Virus record (IMG/VR): IMGVR_UViG_3300027782_000054
Span: 1 to 64,000 of that record
Origin: a virus
DNA length: 64,000 bases
Reading direction: 5' to 3' (one strand)
The notes beneath the pieces were generated by a model. It was not told the origin of the DNA and did not search any database. It was given only the letters and a program-made list of their open reading frames with translations. A program made the position numbers and the translations under genes. Of this stretch, positions 1 through 7,075 are shown in pieces; position 1 is the first letter of the stretch; every line of letters begins with the position of its first letter.

Positions 1-1
1 A

Positions 2-739
2 CACTGGGAAGATGTCATCATTGATCTATCAGAAGAAGATCGTAAACTTTATGACTATGTACTCGACACTATCTTAAATGATGTTGACGATGACAAAGTT
101 TTGTCTAGCATTCTTATGTTGCAATTAATATGTGACAACCCAGATCTTATCAACTTCTCTAATGGAGATTTTGCAGCAGAACTGAGAAGTAAGAAAGTCT
201 TCACAGATAACAACAGCGCAAAACTTCAAAAGCTAAAAGATCTTCTATCAGAGATAGACGGCAAAGTTGTTGTTTTTAATATGTATAACGAGCTAGGTTC
301 TGAACGTCTCTATCATTACATTTGCAACTGGGGATATAACGCAGTTCTCTATGATGGATCTGCAAGCGATAAGCAGAAGGCAGAAGATGCCTTCCGTAAC
401 GATCCCTCCGTCAAAGTCTTCGTATCTTCTGACAAAGGGTCAGACTCAATCAATCTAGAACAAGGGTCATCTGTTATTAATTATAATTTGCCATGGAAAC
501 ATACAACGCTCATTCAAAGAGTAAACAGAATAAATCGCCTAACTTCAAATCATGACAATATCTATTATTATAACTTACTAATCGCAGATTCTATTGAAGA
601 TAGAAAGTTAGAGATCCTAGAGCAGAAGAAACAGCTTCAAGAGTCAATCTTCACTGGAACAATATCTGATCATGCAGATGCCCTTGAAGAGCTTTCCAGG
701 AAGAACTTACACTACATCCTTACTGGCAGCAACTCTTAG
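2..739 (+). CDS. SNF2/SF2 helicase C-terminal part (5'-truncated by window)
   Basis: Frame is open from base 2. HELICc motifs: KVVVF, FVSSDKGSDSINL, YNLPW, QRVNRINR. Confidence 0.8.
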   Translation, partial: HWEDVIIDLSEEDRKLYDYVLDTILNDVDDDKVLSSILMLQLICDNPDLINFSNGDFAAELRSKKVFTDNNSAKLQKLKDLLSEIDGKVVVFNMYNELGSERLYHYICNWGYNAVLYDGSASDKQKAEDAFRNDPSVKVFVSSDKGSDSINLEQGSSVINYNLPWKHTTLIQRVNRINRLTSNHDNIYYYNLLIADSIEDRKLEILEQKKQLQESIFTGTISDHADALEELSRKNLHYILTGSNS

Positions 740-1417
740 ACCCTTAAAGACTGCAGAGAAGCTGGGCTTCTGCTTGTACGTTGCAGAATTCGTAGAAGAA
801 GCTACCTGAGCATTTGGATTAATTACTACAGGAGCAGCATACTCTGAGTCTTCTTCAATGTATTCATTGCGAATGGCATCATAAAGACGATCAATCTCTT
901 TATTAGGAAGAATGAATCCCTTATTACCATACCTCATAACACGCTGAAGAGTTTTCTTGCCACTGTCAATGTTATGTACGCTTAGTGTTTTAGTAGCAAG
1001 ATCAATAAAATAATTATAAGTACAGTAGAGTACTTCGCCATCCGTCGCACACATACAGATATTAAGGTCAAAAGAGAAGATAGTATGCTCAGGATTAGAA
1101 AAGGTTCTGAGTGGAAGATCATATGAGACTCCTTCTAGGACATAGATCTGAGAGATTGGTGAACTATCTAGCAGGGTCGCTCCCTTAGCTACCAGACAAG
1201 CAATGACTCTATCACGGACCTGTGAATCTACACAGTAGATATCAATATCTCTAGGAGTCTCATCTAGGAAGTAAGAGCGCATAGCACCACCAGCAATCCA
1301 GAACTTGCCCTTAAGCCAAGCTGGAAATAGGCGGAAGAAGTTCTCTTCAAAAAGACGAATACAGTCTTTAATAGACTCAGGGCAATCATCGTCTAAGTAG
1401 TATGCGTTAGCGAACAT
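707..1417 (-). CDS. tRNA nucleotidyltransferase/poly(A) polymerase-like protein (head domain only)
   Basis: IAGGAMR...RDIDIY (GGxVR...DxD) and FDLNIC (DFTIN-like). Adjacent to CCA-less tRNA cluster. Confidence 0.75.
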   Translation of the reverse strand: MFANAYYLDDDCPESIKDCIRLFEENFFRLFPAWLKGKFWIAGGAMRSYFLDETPRDIDIYCVDSQVRDRVIACLVAKGATLLDSSPISQIYVLEGVSYDLPLRTFSNPEHTIFSFDLNICMCATDGEVLYCTYNYFIDLATKTLSVHNIDSGKKTLQRVMRYGNKGFILPNKEIDRLYDAIRNEYIEEDSEYAAPVVINPNAQVASSTNSATYKQKPSFSAVFKGLRVAASKDVV

Positions 1418-1477
1418 AGAAGAAGCGTATCATCGATACTCAACCCCGTCAACAACGCCTTACAATGCATTTCCAAT

Positions 1478-1503
1478 AAAAAAGGCAATACCACCGTATT
1501 GCC
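1478..1503 (-). terminator. Rho-independent terminator of tRNA transcript
   Basis: Minus strand GGCAATAC-GGTG-GTATTGCC followed by T6. Confidence 0.8.
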
Positions 1504-1519
1504 CTTTCGATCTTATTTA

Positions 1520-1546
1520 TAGCGGGGGCGGGATTTGAACCCGCGA
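1520..1546 (-). pseudogene. Orphan 3' half of an initiator-like tRNA-Met
   Basis: Minus strand TCGCGGGTTCAAATCCCGCCCCCGCTA = T-arm plus 3' acceptor strand typical of tRNA-fMet. No 5' half upstream. Confidence 0.7.
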
Positions 1547-1557
1547 TAGTTCTTTAA

Positions 1558-1628
1558 TAGCGAAACTCAGAGTCGAACTGAGAACTAAGCCTTATGAGGG
1601 CTTCGTGTTACCCTTACACCATTTCGCG
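1558..1628 (-). tRNA. tRNA-Met(CAT)
   Basis: Cloverleaf with AAGCC-CTCATAA-GGCTT anticodon arm, C1.U72 mismatch, no CCA. Confidence 0.85.
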
Positions 1629-1638
1629 ACGTAAAAAC

Positions 1639-1666
1639 ATTATAACATACAATTTAACAAAGTCAA
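1639..1666 (-). promoter_or_regulatory. sigma70-type promoter for tRNA-Met
   Basis: TTGACT-16 bp-TATAAT with extended -10 TG. Confidence 0.65.
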
Positions 1667-1739
1667 GCGGGCAGTGGGGTACGATCCCACAACCTCCTGC
1701 TTGGAAGGCAGGCGTTCTAGCCAATTGAACTATGCCCGC
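1666..1739 (-). tRNA. tRNA-Gly(TCC)
   Basis: GCGGGCA/TGCCCGC acceptor stem, CCTGC-CTTCCAA-GCAGG anticodon arm, atypical T-loop ATCGTAC, no CCA. Confidence 0.9.
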
Positions 1740-2127
1740 GAATATACGTTCTTTGTCTATGGCAATTTGCACAGACTAACTCACATTTTTTGAGTTCCTC
1801 GTATATTTTTTTTCTATTGCATCTTTCTATAAGTTTCCCTATGTCTGATTGTTTATCATAAAGATGATCCCAATCCATTTGCCAAGTATTGAATGTATTT
1901 TTGCAATCCGTACAAGGTTTTCTTTTTAATTCTCTTATCTCTTGCTTAATATTATCTTTATATTCTTTAGATTTATCTTTATATTTTTCTTTATTATTTA
2001 AATAATGTTCTCTGTGTATTAATTTTCTACACTCTTTACAATGAGAGCCACATCCATCTTTCTTAGTCTTACTTTTATGAAATTCATCAAATGTTTTTTC
2101 TTGCTTGCATTTTGGACATGTTTTCAT
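1717..2127 (-). CDS. HNH homing endonuclease with N-terminal Zn ribbon
   Basis: MKTCPKC..CKEC, CTDC..DWDH..CELVCANCHRQRT. AT-rich. Stop lies inside tRNA-Gly. Start moved to ATG 2127. Confidence 0.85.
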   Translation of the reverse strand: MKTCPKCKQEKTFDEFHKSKTKKDGCGSHCKECRKLIHREHYLNNKEKYKDKSKEYKDNIKQEIRELKRKPCTDCKNTFNTWQMDWDHLYDKQSDIGKLIERCNRKKIYEELKKCELVCANCHRQRTYIRGHSSIG

Positions 2128-2161
2128 ATATATTATATAGAGATATTCCAACTTTTAAGGT

Positions 2162-2202
2162 AGGTTGGAAACCTGAGGTAATAGCCAGTATACGAAGCCC
2201 GC
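2162..2202 (-). pseudogene. Orphan 5' half of a second tRNA-Gly(TCC)
   Basis: Minus strand GCGGGCTTCGTATACTGGCTATTACCTCAGGTTTCCAACCT: acceptor 5' strand, D-arm and TCC loop, truncated in the 3' anticodon stem. Confidence 0.75.
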
Positions 2203-2217
2203 AAAAAATTAATAAGA

Positions 2218-2289
2218 AGCTCTATCAAGGACTTGAACCTTGCACTTATCCTTACAAGGGATATGTTTTGCCTGATAAACTAATAGAGC
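2218..2289 (-). tRNA. tRNA-Thr(TGT)
   Basis: GCTCTAT/ATAGAGC acceptor stem, TATCC-CTTGTAA-GGATA anticodon arm, GGTTCAAGTCC T-arm. Confidence 0.9.
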
Positions 2290-2292
2290 AAG

Positions 2293-2368
2293 CTCCGGGG
2301 GTATGAATCGAACATACGAATTTTGGGTTCAAAGCCCAACGATTAATACCAACATAATCTACCCCGGA
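2293..2368 (-). tRNA. tRNA-Gln(TTG)
   Basis: TCCGGGG/CCCCGGA acceptor stem, TTGGG-CTTTGAA-CCCAA anticodon arm. Confidence 0.9.
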
Positions 2369-2371
2369 ATG

Positions 2372-2581
2372 TTATTTATTTTTTGTTGTATGTGCGTAAA
2401 CTGTGTCCATCATTTTAAATACGGGAACAAAAGCTTTCTTAGATCCATCTCCATTGCATTCTGGGCAGTAATCATTATCTAGTTTCTCTTTGGAATAGAA
2501 ACAATGATTCTTTGGACAAAACCAAATACCCCTGAAGACTTCTGACTGATAAAACTTTTGCCATTTTTCATCATCTGTCAT
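2372..2581 (-). CDS. Small Cys-containing hypothetical protein
   Basis: 69 aa, CPKNHC and CPEC motifs, coupled to the upstream ORF. Confidence 0.65.
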   Translation of the reverse strand: MTDDEKWQKFYQSEVFRGIWFCPKNHCFYSKEKLDNDYCPECNGDGSKKAFVPVFKMMDTVYAHTTKNK

Positions 2582-2775
2582 ATATCTATCCAGATTTCTT
2601 CAGATTGATTTTTCTTATTGTTTACTCTTCCCCATTCTTTTGCTGCAGCAATAGCCTGCTTCTCTGTATTGAAGGTTCCTATTGGACGCTTTGGAATGAT
2701 TGTAGCAGAAGCTTGTATATAATAGGCATCTGCTTTCCATTGCCCTTCTCCTGTTTTATATATTCTAGCTTTCAT
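2578..2775 (-). CDS. Hypothetical protein
   Basis: 65 aa. ATG lies 2 nt after tRNA-Pro 3' end. ATGA overlap with next gene. Confidence 0.65.
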   Translation of the reverse strand: MKARIYKTGEGQWKADAYYIQASATIIPKRPIGTFNTEKQAIAAAKEWGRVNNKKNQSEEIWIDI

Positions 2776-2777
2776 AA

Positions 2778-2852
2778 TCGGGATGACAGGATTCGAACCT
2801 GCGATTTTCGCGACCCAAACGCGACGGATTAGCCAAACTTTCCCACATCCCG
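2778..2852 (-). tRNA. tRNA-Pro(TGG)
   Basis: CGGGATG/CATCCCG acceptor stem, TCGCG-TTTGGGT-CGCGA anticodon arm. Confidence 0.9.
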
Positions 2853-2858
2853 ATAAAC

Positions 2859-3011
2859 TTATCTTACTGACTCTAGACTACATTCCTCTTCGCACTTATC
2901 ACAACAATTACATTTCTGATCATCAGTATCGTCCATATCTTGCTTGGGGCAATAGTGGCGATAACCGTCTACTGGATAGCCACAGCTTTCACAAGGCTCT
3001 GTGTTAGACAC
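2859..3011 (-). CDS. 50-aa Cys-rich protein (not in ORF track)
   Basis: Hand translation from GTG: MSNTEPCESCGYPVDGYRHYCPKQDMDDTDDQKCNCCDKCEEECSLESVR. Confidence 0.55.
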   Translation of the reverse strand: MSNTEPCESCGYPVDGYRHYCPKQDMDDTDDQKCNCCDKCEEECSLESVR

Positions 3012-3153
3012 TCTTGCTCTTCCTGAAGGAATTCCAATCGTTGCTATTTGCGGGCTTGTGTTCCTGGCTCCATGAGCGAATACGATCCCACTCCTTCACT
3101 CTATCACGTTGTCCCGAAGGTTGCAAGTCTTGACGAGACTTGTTTTTGTGCAT
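3004..3153 (-). CDS. 49-aa hypothetical protein (not in ORF track)
   Basis: MHKNKSRQDLQPSGQRDRVKEWDRIRSW...; fills the gap in the operon. Confidence 0.4.
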   Translation of the reverse strand: MHKNKSRQDLQPSGQRDRVKEWDRIRSWSQEHKPANSNDWNSFRKSKSV

Positions 3154-3169
3154 TTGTTGAAAAGATGAT

Positions 3170-3559
3170 TCAGTTGTCATTCATTAAGCCTTTCTTGCGT
3201 TCTTTTCCCTTGTGAGTAAGGGAGAAAGTAGGATTATCTCCCTCTACATCATTTTCATCAAAATAGACATGAACATCGCCTGATAAGATAAGATTGATAA
3301 GATCGACACCAATCTTCATCCTGTTGTGCCAGTTTAGCAGCTTCCAGATCTCATTGACGGTTGGAGATCCTGCCTCACGCATATTCATACTATCTATAAA
3401 CCTTACAATAAGAAGCTCCTCTTCTTCAAGCTCTTTCTCAAGAGTACCTCTACGAAGAGCATTAATCGCTTCGGCAGATAAATCTATCTGAGAGTCTTCC
3501 TGAAACTCATCATCAGAAGCATATAGTTCAGAATCTTCATCTTCTTCAAAATAGGTCAC
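3170..3559 (-). CDS. Acidic hypothetical protein
   Basis: 129-aa ORF coupled to the MazG stop. Confidence 0.7.
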   Translation of the reverse strand: MTYFEEDEDSELYASDDEFQEDSQIDLSAEAINALRRGTLEKELEEEELLIVRFIDSMNMREAGSPTVNEIWKLLNWHNRMKIGVDLINLILSGDVHVYFDENDVEGDNPTFSLTHKGKERKKGLMNDN

Positions 3560-3864
3560 TTACTATGCCTCTCTTTTAGTTTATCGATATTGAATTTTGC
3601 AACGTCTTCTAGACGGAAGTCTAGCTCACTGCATAGATTGGCTACATACCATAGCACATCCCCTAGATCTTCGTATAAGTTCTTGAGGCGATCATCAGGG
3701 AAGTCTGACCCATCTGATAGGTAACCCCTACGCAGACACTTCTTGACCTCTTCTGCGACCTCTCCGGCCTCTCCAGCGACTCCCAGAGCAAGGTAGGATG
3801 CAGCTACATCCTTGGGGTAGATTGCTGTTTCTTTTGCTTGTTGTTGATATTCATTTAGATTCAT
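3556..3864 (-). CDS. MazG-like NTP pyrophosphohydrolase
   Basis: LGVAGEAGEVAEEVKK...EDLGDVLWY...NIDKLKER. True start MNLNEYQ, since the longer ORF overlaps tRNA-Leu. Confidence 0.9.
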   Translation of the reverse strand: MNLNEYQQQAKETAIYPKDVAASYLALGVAGEAGEVAEEVKKCLRRGYLSDGSDFPDDRLKNLYEDLGDVLWYVANLCSELDFRLEDVAKFNIDKLKERHSK

Positions 3865-3866
3865 AA

Positions 3867-3950
3867 TGGGAACGGTGGGAGTCGAACCCACATGGGCTTG
3901 CGCCCGACGCATTTTGAGTGCGTTCCGTAAACCAGTTCCGGCACGTTCCC
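3867..3950 (-). tRNA. tRNA-Leu(CAA)
   Basis: GGGAACG/CGTTCCC acceptor stem, ACGCA-CTCAAAA-TGCGT anticodon arm, long variable arm. Confidence 0.92.
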
Positions 3951-3978
3951 AGGTGTGGGGTTGCCCCCACATCATACA

Positions 3979-4740
3979 CTACTGCCAGTTGACGAAGGCT
4001 GCGATGTTCTTCACATAACGAAGACGCTGTGCAACCTGACCACCGTTACTCTGACTACCCTTTTCGCTTGAGGAAGTATTTCCCTCGACAGCATAGAAGG
4101 AAGTCTTCTCCTTATCGGCCCACTTGATGAAGAGTCCAATATGATCCGGTACCCCATCCTTCTGCCAATCGAACAGTACAACACTGCCCTTGACAGGAGT
4201 GGTCGTGATAGAAAGACCATTGCTCTTGGTCTGGGCATCACGAAGTACATTCGGGCAGTAAGAATATGTCTTACCCTTTACGAATGACTTTGATCCAGCC
4301 TGAACAGCACACCAAGTTACGAACATGGCACACCACGGACCATTGACTCCATACCATTTTGAGAACTCAACAATATTGCTCTCGGGCGGATCTTCAGCAA
4401 CATTCAGCTTAGATAGACCGACATCTACAGCCTTTGCATACTTAGCACCTACATCGCCCTGAGCCTTCTTGTAGGCTTCAGCCCTCTTGAGCATATCCGG
4501 ACCCTGCTGAGTATTGCAAAGAAGATAATCCTCAAATACCTGATCGTATAGTGAAGTTGCAGAAGCTTCGGTATAACCTAGCTCACGCTTTGCATTAACG
4601 ATGGCTCCGGCAGTACGCTCACCGAACTCACCATCGATATCTCCACCATAGAACTTGGCCTTCTTTAAATTTTGCTGCGCCTTCTTTACTGCATCGCCCT
4701 TCATATTTGGCGACGTTAGCTTGAGGGGTGTTGTTGGCAT
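3979..4740 (-). CDS. Endolysin: peptidoglycan-binding domain + CHAP amidase
   Basis: N-terminal GDAVKKAQ..DGEFGERTAGAI. CHAP motifs PWCAMFV, DHIG, VEGNT. SD AGGAG. Confidence 0.88.
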   Translation of the reverse strand: MPTTPLKLTSPNMKGDAVKKAQQNLKKAKFYGGDIDGEFGERTAGAIVNAKRELGYTEASATSLYDQVFEDYLLCNTQQGPDMLKRAEAYKKAQGDVGAKYAKAVDVGLSKLNVAEDPPESNIVEFSKWYGVNGPWCAMFVTWCAVQAGSKSFVKGKTYSYCPNVLRDAQTKSNGLSITTTPVKGSVVLFDWQKDGVPDHIGLFIKWADKEKTSFYAVEGNTSSSEKGSQSNGGQVAQRLRYVKNIAAFVNWQ

Positions 4741-4771
4741 TCATTCTCCTTTTGTTATTTACTAGATTAAG

Positions 4772-4846
4772 TAGACAGGGTGGGACTCGAACCCACATTT
4801 GACACTGCTTATAAGACAGCCGCCTCCACCATTGGGCTACCTGTCC
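4772..4846 (-). tRNA. tRNA-Ile(TAT)
   Basis: GGACAGG/CCTGTCT acceptor stem, GCTGT-CTTATAA-GCAGT anticodon arm, GGTTCGAGTCC T-arm. Confidence 0.85.
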
Positions 4847-4857
4847 AAGCATAGCTT

Positions 4858-5037
4858 TTACAATCCTATAAGCTTTGTCAATTCTTTAAATACCGGCACT
4901 TTTTCCCAGAGCAAGTGTTCAAAAGGAAAACCTAAGGTTGTTCCGATCCAGAACTGCCAAGTTAGAGTTAGGTTCCGGCACTTATGGTAGCACTTATGAA
5001 GGATCCCATCTGTATCTGAGTGGAAGTGCGATGACAT
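4858..5037 (-). CDS. Small hypothetical protein, probably leaderless
   Basis: ATG lies 6 nt after the -10 box. 59 aa with a hydrophobic/aromatic core. Confidence 0.6.
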   Translation of the reverse strand: MSSHFHSDTDGILHKCYHKCRNLTLTWQFWIGTTLGFPFEHLLWEKVPVFKELTKLIGL

Positions 5038-5043
5038 GACTTC

Positions 5044-5071
5044 AGTATAGCAAAGACACATGTCCTGTCAA
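5044..5071 (-). promoter_or_regulatory. sigma70-type promoter
   Basis: TTGACA-16 bp-TATACT with extended -10 TG. Confidence 0.7.
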
Positions 5072-5095
5072 GAGGAAAGGGGGCTTTCGCCCCCT
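5072..5095 (-). terminator. Rho-independent terminator
   Basis: AGGGGGC-GAAA-GCCCCCT followed by pyrimidines on the minus strand. Confidence 0.75.
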
Positions 5096-5124
5096 AACCT
5101 TGAAACTTTACTGAATGTTTACAT

Positions 5125-5391
5125 TCAGGATGTTTGACGCAGAACATCGCCATAGGCTCTTGAAAGATCAAAGCCATCGGCAGGAGCAAGAGCGCCATTG
5201 TTAAGTTGACCCTTTTGATTAAATTCTGTAACAACAATCTTGCCAGCCGTATTGTCGATACCTTCATCTACAAGGGCATCGCTTAAGCCAAGATAAGCAG
5301 GTGTAGGATTATTGGGGTTTACGCCAATACCATCTGTATGAAAAACACCAGAGGCAGCAGTCTTTTTGTAGTTTTTCTGATCGTTAGTCAT
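5125..5391 (-). CDS. Hypothetical protein (possibly virion)
   Basis: 88 aa, SD GAGG. Confidence 0.7.
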   Translation of the reverse strand: MTNDQKNYKKTAASGVFHTDGIGVNPNNPTPAYLGLSDALVDEGIDNTAGKIVVTEFNQKGQLNNGALAPADGFDLSRAYGDVLRQTS

Positions 5392-5400
5392 GATTCCTCT

Positions 5401-5649
5401 TTATATCTTAGATTTATTTACGGTTGTATAAGAAGCCTGGAAATCTGTAGCGCCATTGTCTGAGTCTGTTCTGAAGACTTTGGTCTGAACCTGGACATTG
5501 CGATCCTCCGCTGCGTAAGCAGCGCGAGCTACTTCATTATAGGTATTAACAGGTCTTGTCTCTGTATCAGTGTAGACAGTTCCGGTCTGCGCCGCAAAAG
5601 CGTAAGCACCTGGAATGTTTAGAACAAAAGATGATGAAGATGTAGCCAT
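5401..5649 (-). CDS. Hypothetical protein (possibly virion)
   Basis: 82 aa, Ala/Thr-rich, SD AGGAGG. Confidence 0.7.
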   Translation of the reverse strand: MATSSSSFVLNIPGAYAFAAQTGTVYTDTETRPVNTYNEVARAAYAAEDRNVQVQTKVFRTDSDNGATDFQASYTTVNKSKI

Positions 5650-5702
5650 TAAGTATTCCTCCTATATTTTAAGCATAGGAAGATAGAAAGATAAAGGTAC
5701 TA

Positions 5703-5775
5703 AGGCCCCTCCAAGGATCGAACTTGGGCTTGGGAGGTAGAAACTCCCCGTGATAATCCACTTCACTAAGGGGCC
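5703..5775 (-). tRNA. tRNA-Arg(TCT)
   Basis: GGCCCCT/AGGGGCC acceptor stem, GGGAG-TTTCTAC-CTCCC anticodon arm. Confidence 0.85.
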
Positions 5776-5800
5776 ATGTTGGGGAGCTAGGCTCCCCGTA

Positions 5801-7075
5801 TTACTTGATGTACTCTTTAAGTGTCTTAATTTTACCAAAAAGATGGCTTGAGCGTAGGTAATAACCGTCAAGAAGCCAGAACCAGTTGTCTTTGTGCTTA
5901 TCTTCTGGCTTTGCTCCATAGAATGATGCATCACCATCAGTAATAACAACAACAGACGAAGGGTACTTGTTCTTGTACTTAGGCATAACAGTACTGCGGA
6001 TATAGCTTTCAATGGGGCTAAATGAAGTACCCCCACTTTGGAACCTTGGATTGTCAAGATCCAGAGGCATAACTGAATCTGTAAACGTAATTACTTCTAG
6101 ATGAATATTATCACGCGGGATTGAGCGAGCCAGGGTGATGAACTTTCTTGCCGTATCATCACCGATAGAACCCGATGTGTCAAGTGCCATAAAGATGACA
6201 GGCTTCTCACCGAACTTGTTCTGCTTGCTTACCTCCTTGACAGGCAGGATGACCTCTGGGAAGCCACCAAGCTTGCGAGGACGGCGATGATACGAAGGGC
6301 GAGGCTTCTTGCCACCCTTCATGTTAAAAATGTCTGGATCAAGCTCCTTGAGTAGATTGACCCAATTCATAGATACACCATTCACTTCAATGAACTTCTG
6401 GGCATCCATAGAACCAGTACCAGCGCCACTACCATGAATAGTTACATTACTCTTAGCATTGATATCATCTTTGATATCTTGAAGCTCAGAAGGAAGAATT
6501 GCATTACCAGCAATTTGTTCTAGAATCTTCTTTGCAAGTGAGTCCGGAACATGAATCCAGTCATGGCTATCAATATTCATGCCTGCACCCATCTGATCCA
6601 CAATGTCCTGGGGGAGATCGTCATAGACTTGACCTACTGTCACATGGGCGCAGTTATACCCCACATTCTTCTGACCAGACATAAGTTGATCCATGATGTT
6701 CTGTGATGCATCAAATCCAGCTGAGATAAGGTAATCATTGATAACACAATCTGCTGCGATGTTAAATCTAACCTTATCAGAGAAGCGTGGAGCTAGATTA
6801 AGGTGATCTAGAATAATATGCATAGTCTCATGTGCAAGAACAAATGCGTAGTCCTCTACATCAAGCTGATCAGCGAAGTCAGGATTGAAAGCAAAGTAAA
6901 AATCATCACCTGCCTTTCCTGACTTCGCTGTTTCTATATCAGTCATAACACATGCAGTTGGAACAATATTGGTATCTACAGGCTTACCAATATTAAGAAC
7001 ATGGGTTACAAAGAATGCGAACTGAGAATCAAGAAGCCGAATTGCTTCGCTATATTTAGAACGGGACATTGGCAT
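5801..7075 (-). CDS. HExxH metallopeptidase-VWA domain protein (DUF2201-like)
   Basis: LAHETMH, NIAADCVIND, MIDAS DTSGS, GGTSF, VITDG. Confidence 0.88.
   Translation of the reverse strand: MPMSRSKYSEAIRLLDSQFAFFVTHVLNIGKPVDTNIVPTACVMTDIETAKSGKAGDDFYFAFNPDFADQLDVEDYAFVLAHETMHIILDHLNLAPRFSDKVRFNIAADCVINDYLISAGFDASQNIMDQLMSGQKNVGYNCAHVTVGQVYDDLPQDIVDQMGAGMNIDSHDWIHVPDSLAKKILEQIAGNAILPSELQDIKDDINAKSNVTIHGSGAGTGSMDAQKFIEVNGVSMNWVNLLKELDPDIFNMKGGKKPRPSYHRRPRKLGGFPEVILPVKEVSKQNKFGEKPVIFMALDTSGSIGDDTARKFITLARSIPRDNIHLEVITFTDSVMPLDLDNPRFQSGGTSFSPIESYIRSTVMPKYKNKYPSSVVVITDGDASFYGAKPEDKHKDNWFWLLDGYYLRSSHLFGKIKTLKEYIK

Noticed and set aside
1666-2202. Single intron-split tRNA-Gly with intron-encoded HNH
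   Set aside because: The downstream tRNA is complete by itself, its stems do not complement the orphan 5' half, and there is no room for a group I core.
5703-5775. CTA in the loop suggesting an amber suppressor and a recoded genome
   Set aside because: With the 5-bp stem the 7-nt loop TTTCTAC gives anticodon TCT (Arg); TAG terminates many genes normally.
5662-6057. 131-aa minus-strand ORF
   Set aside because: Overlaps tRNA-Arg and the VWA gene in another frame.
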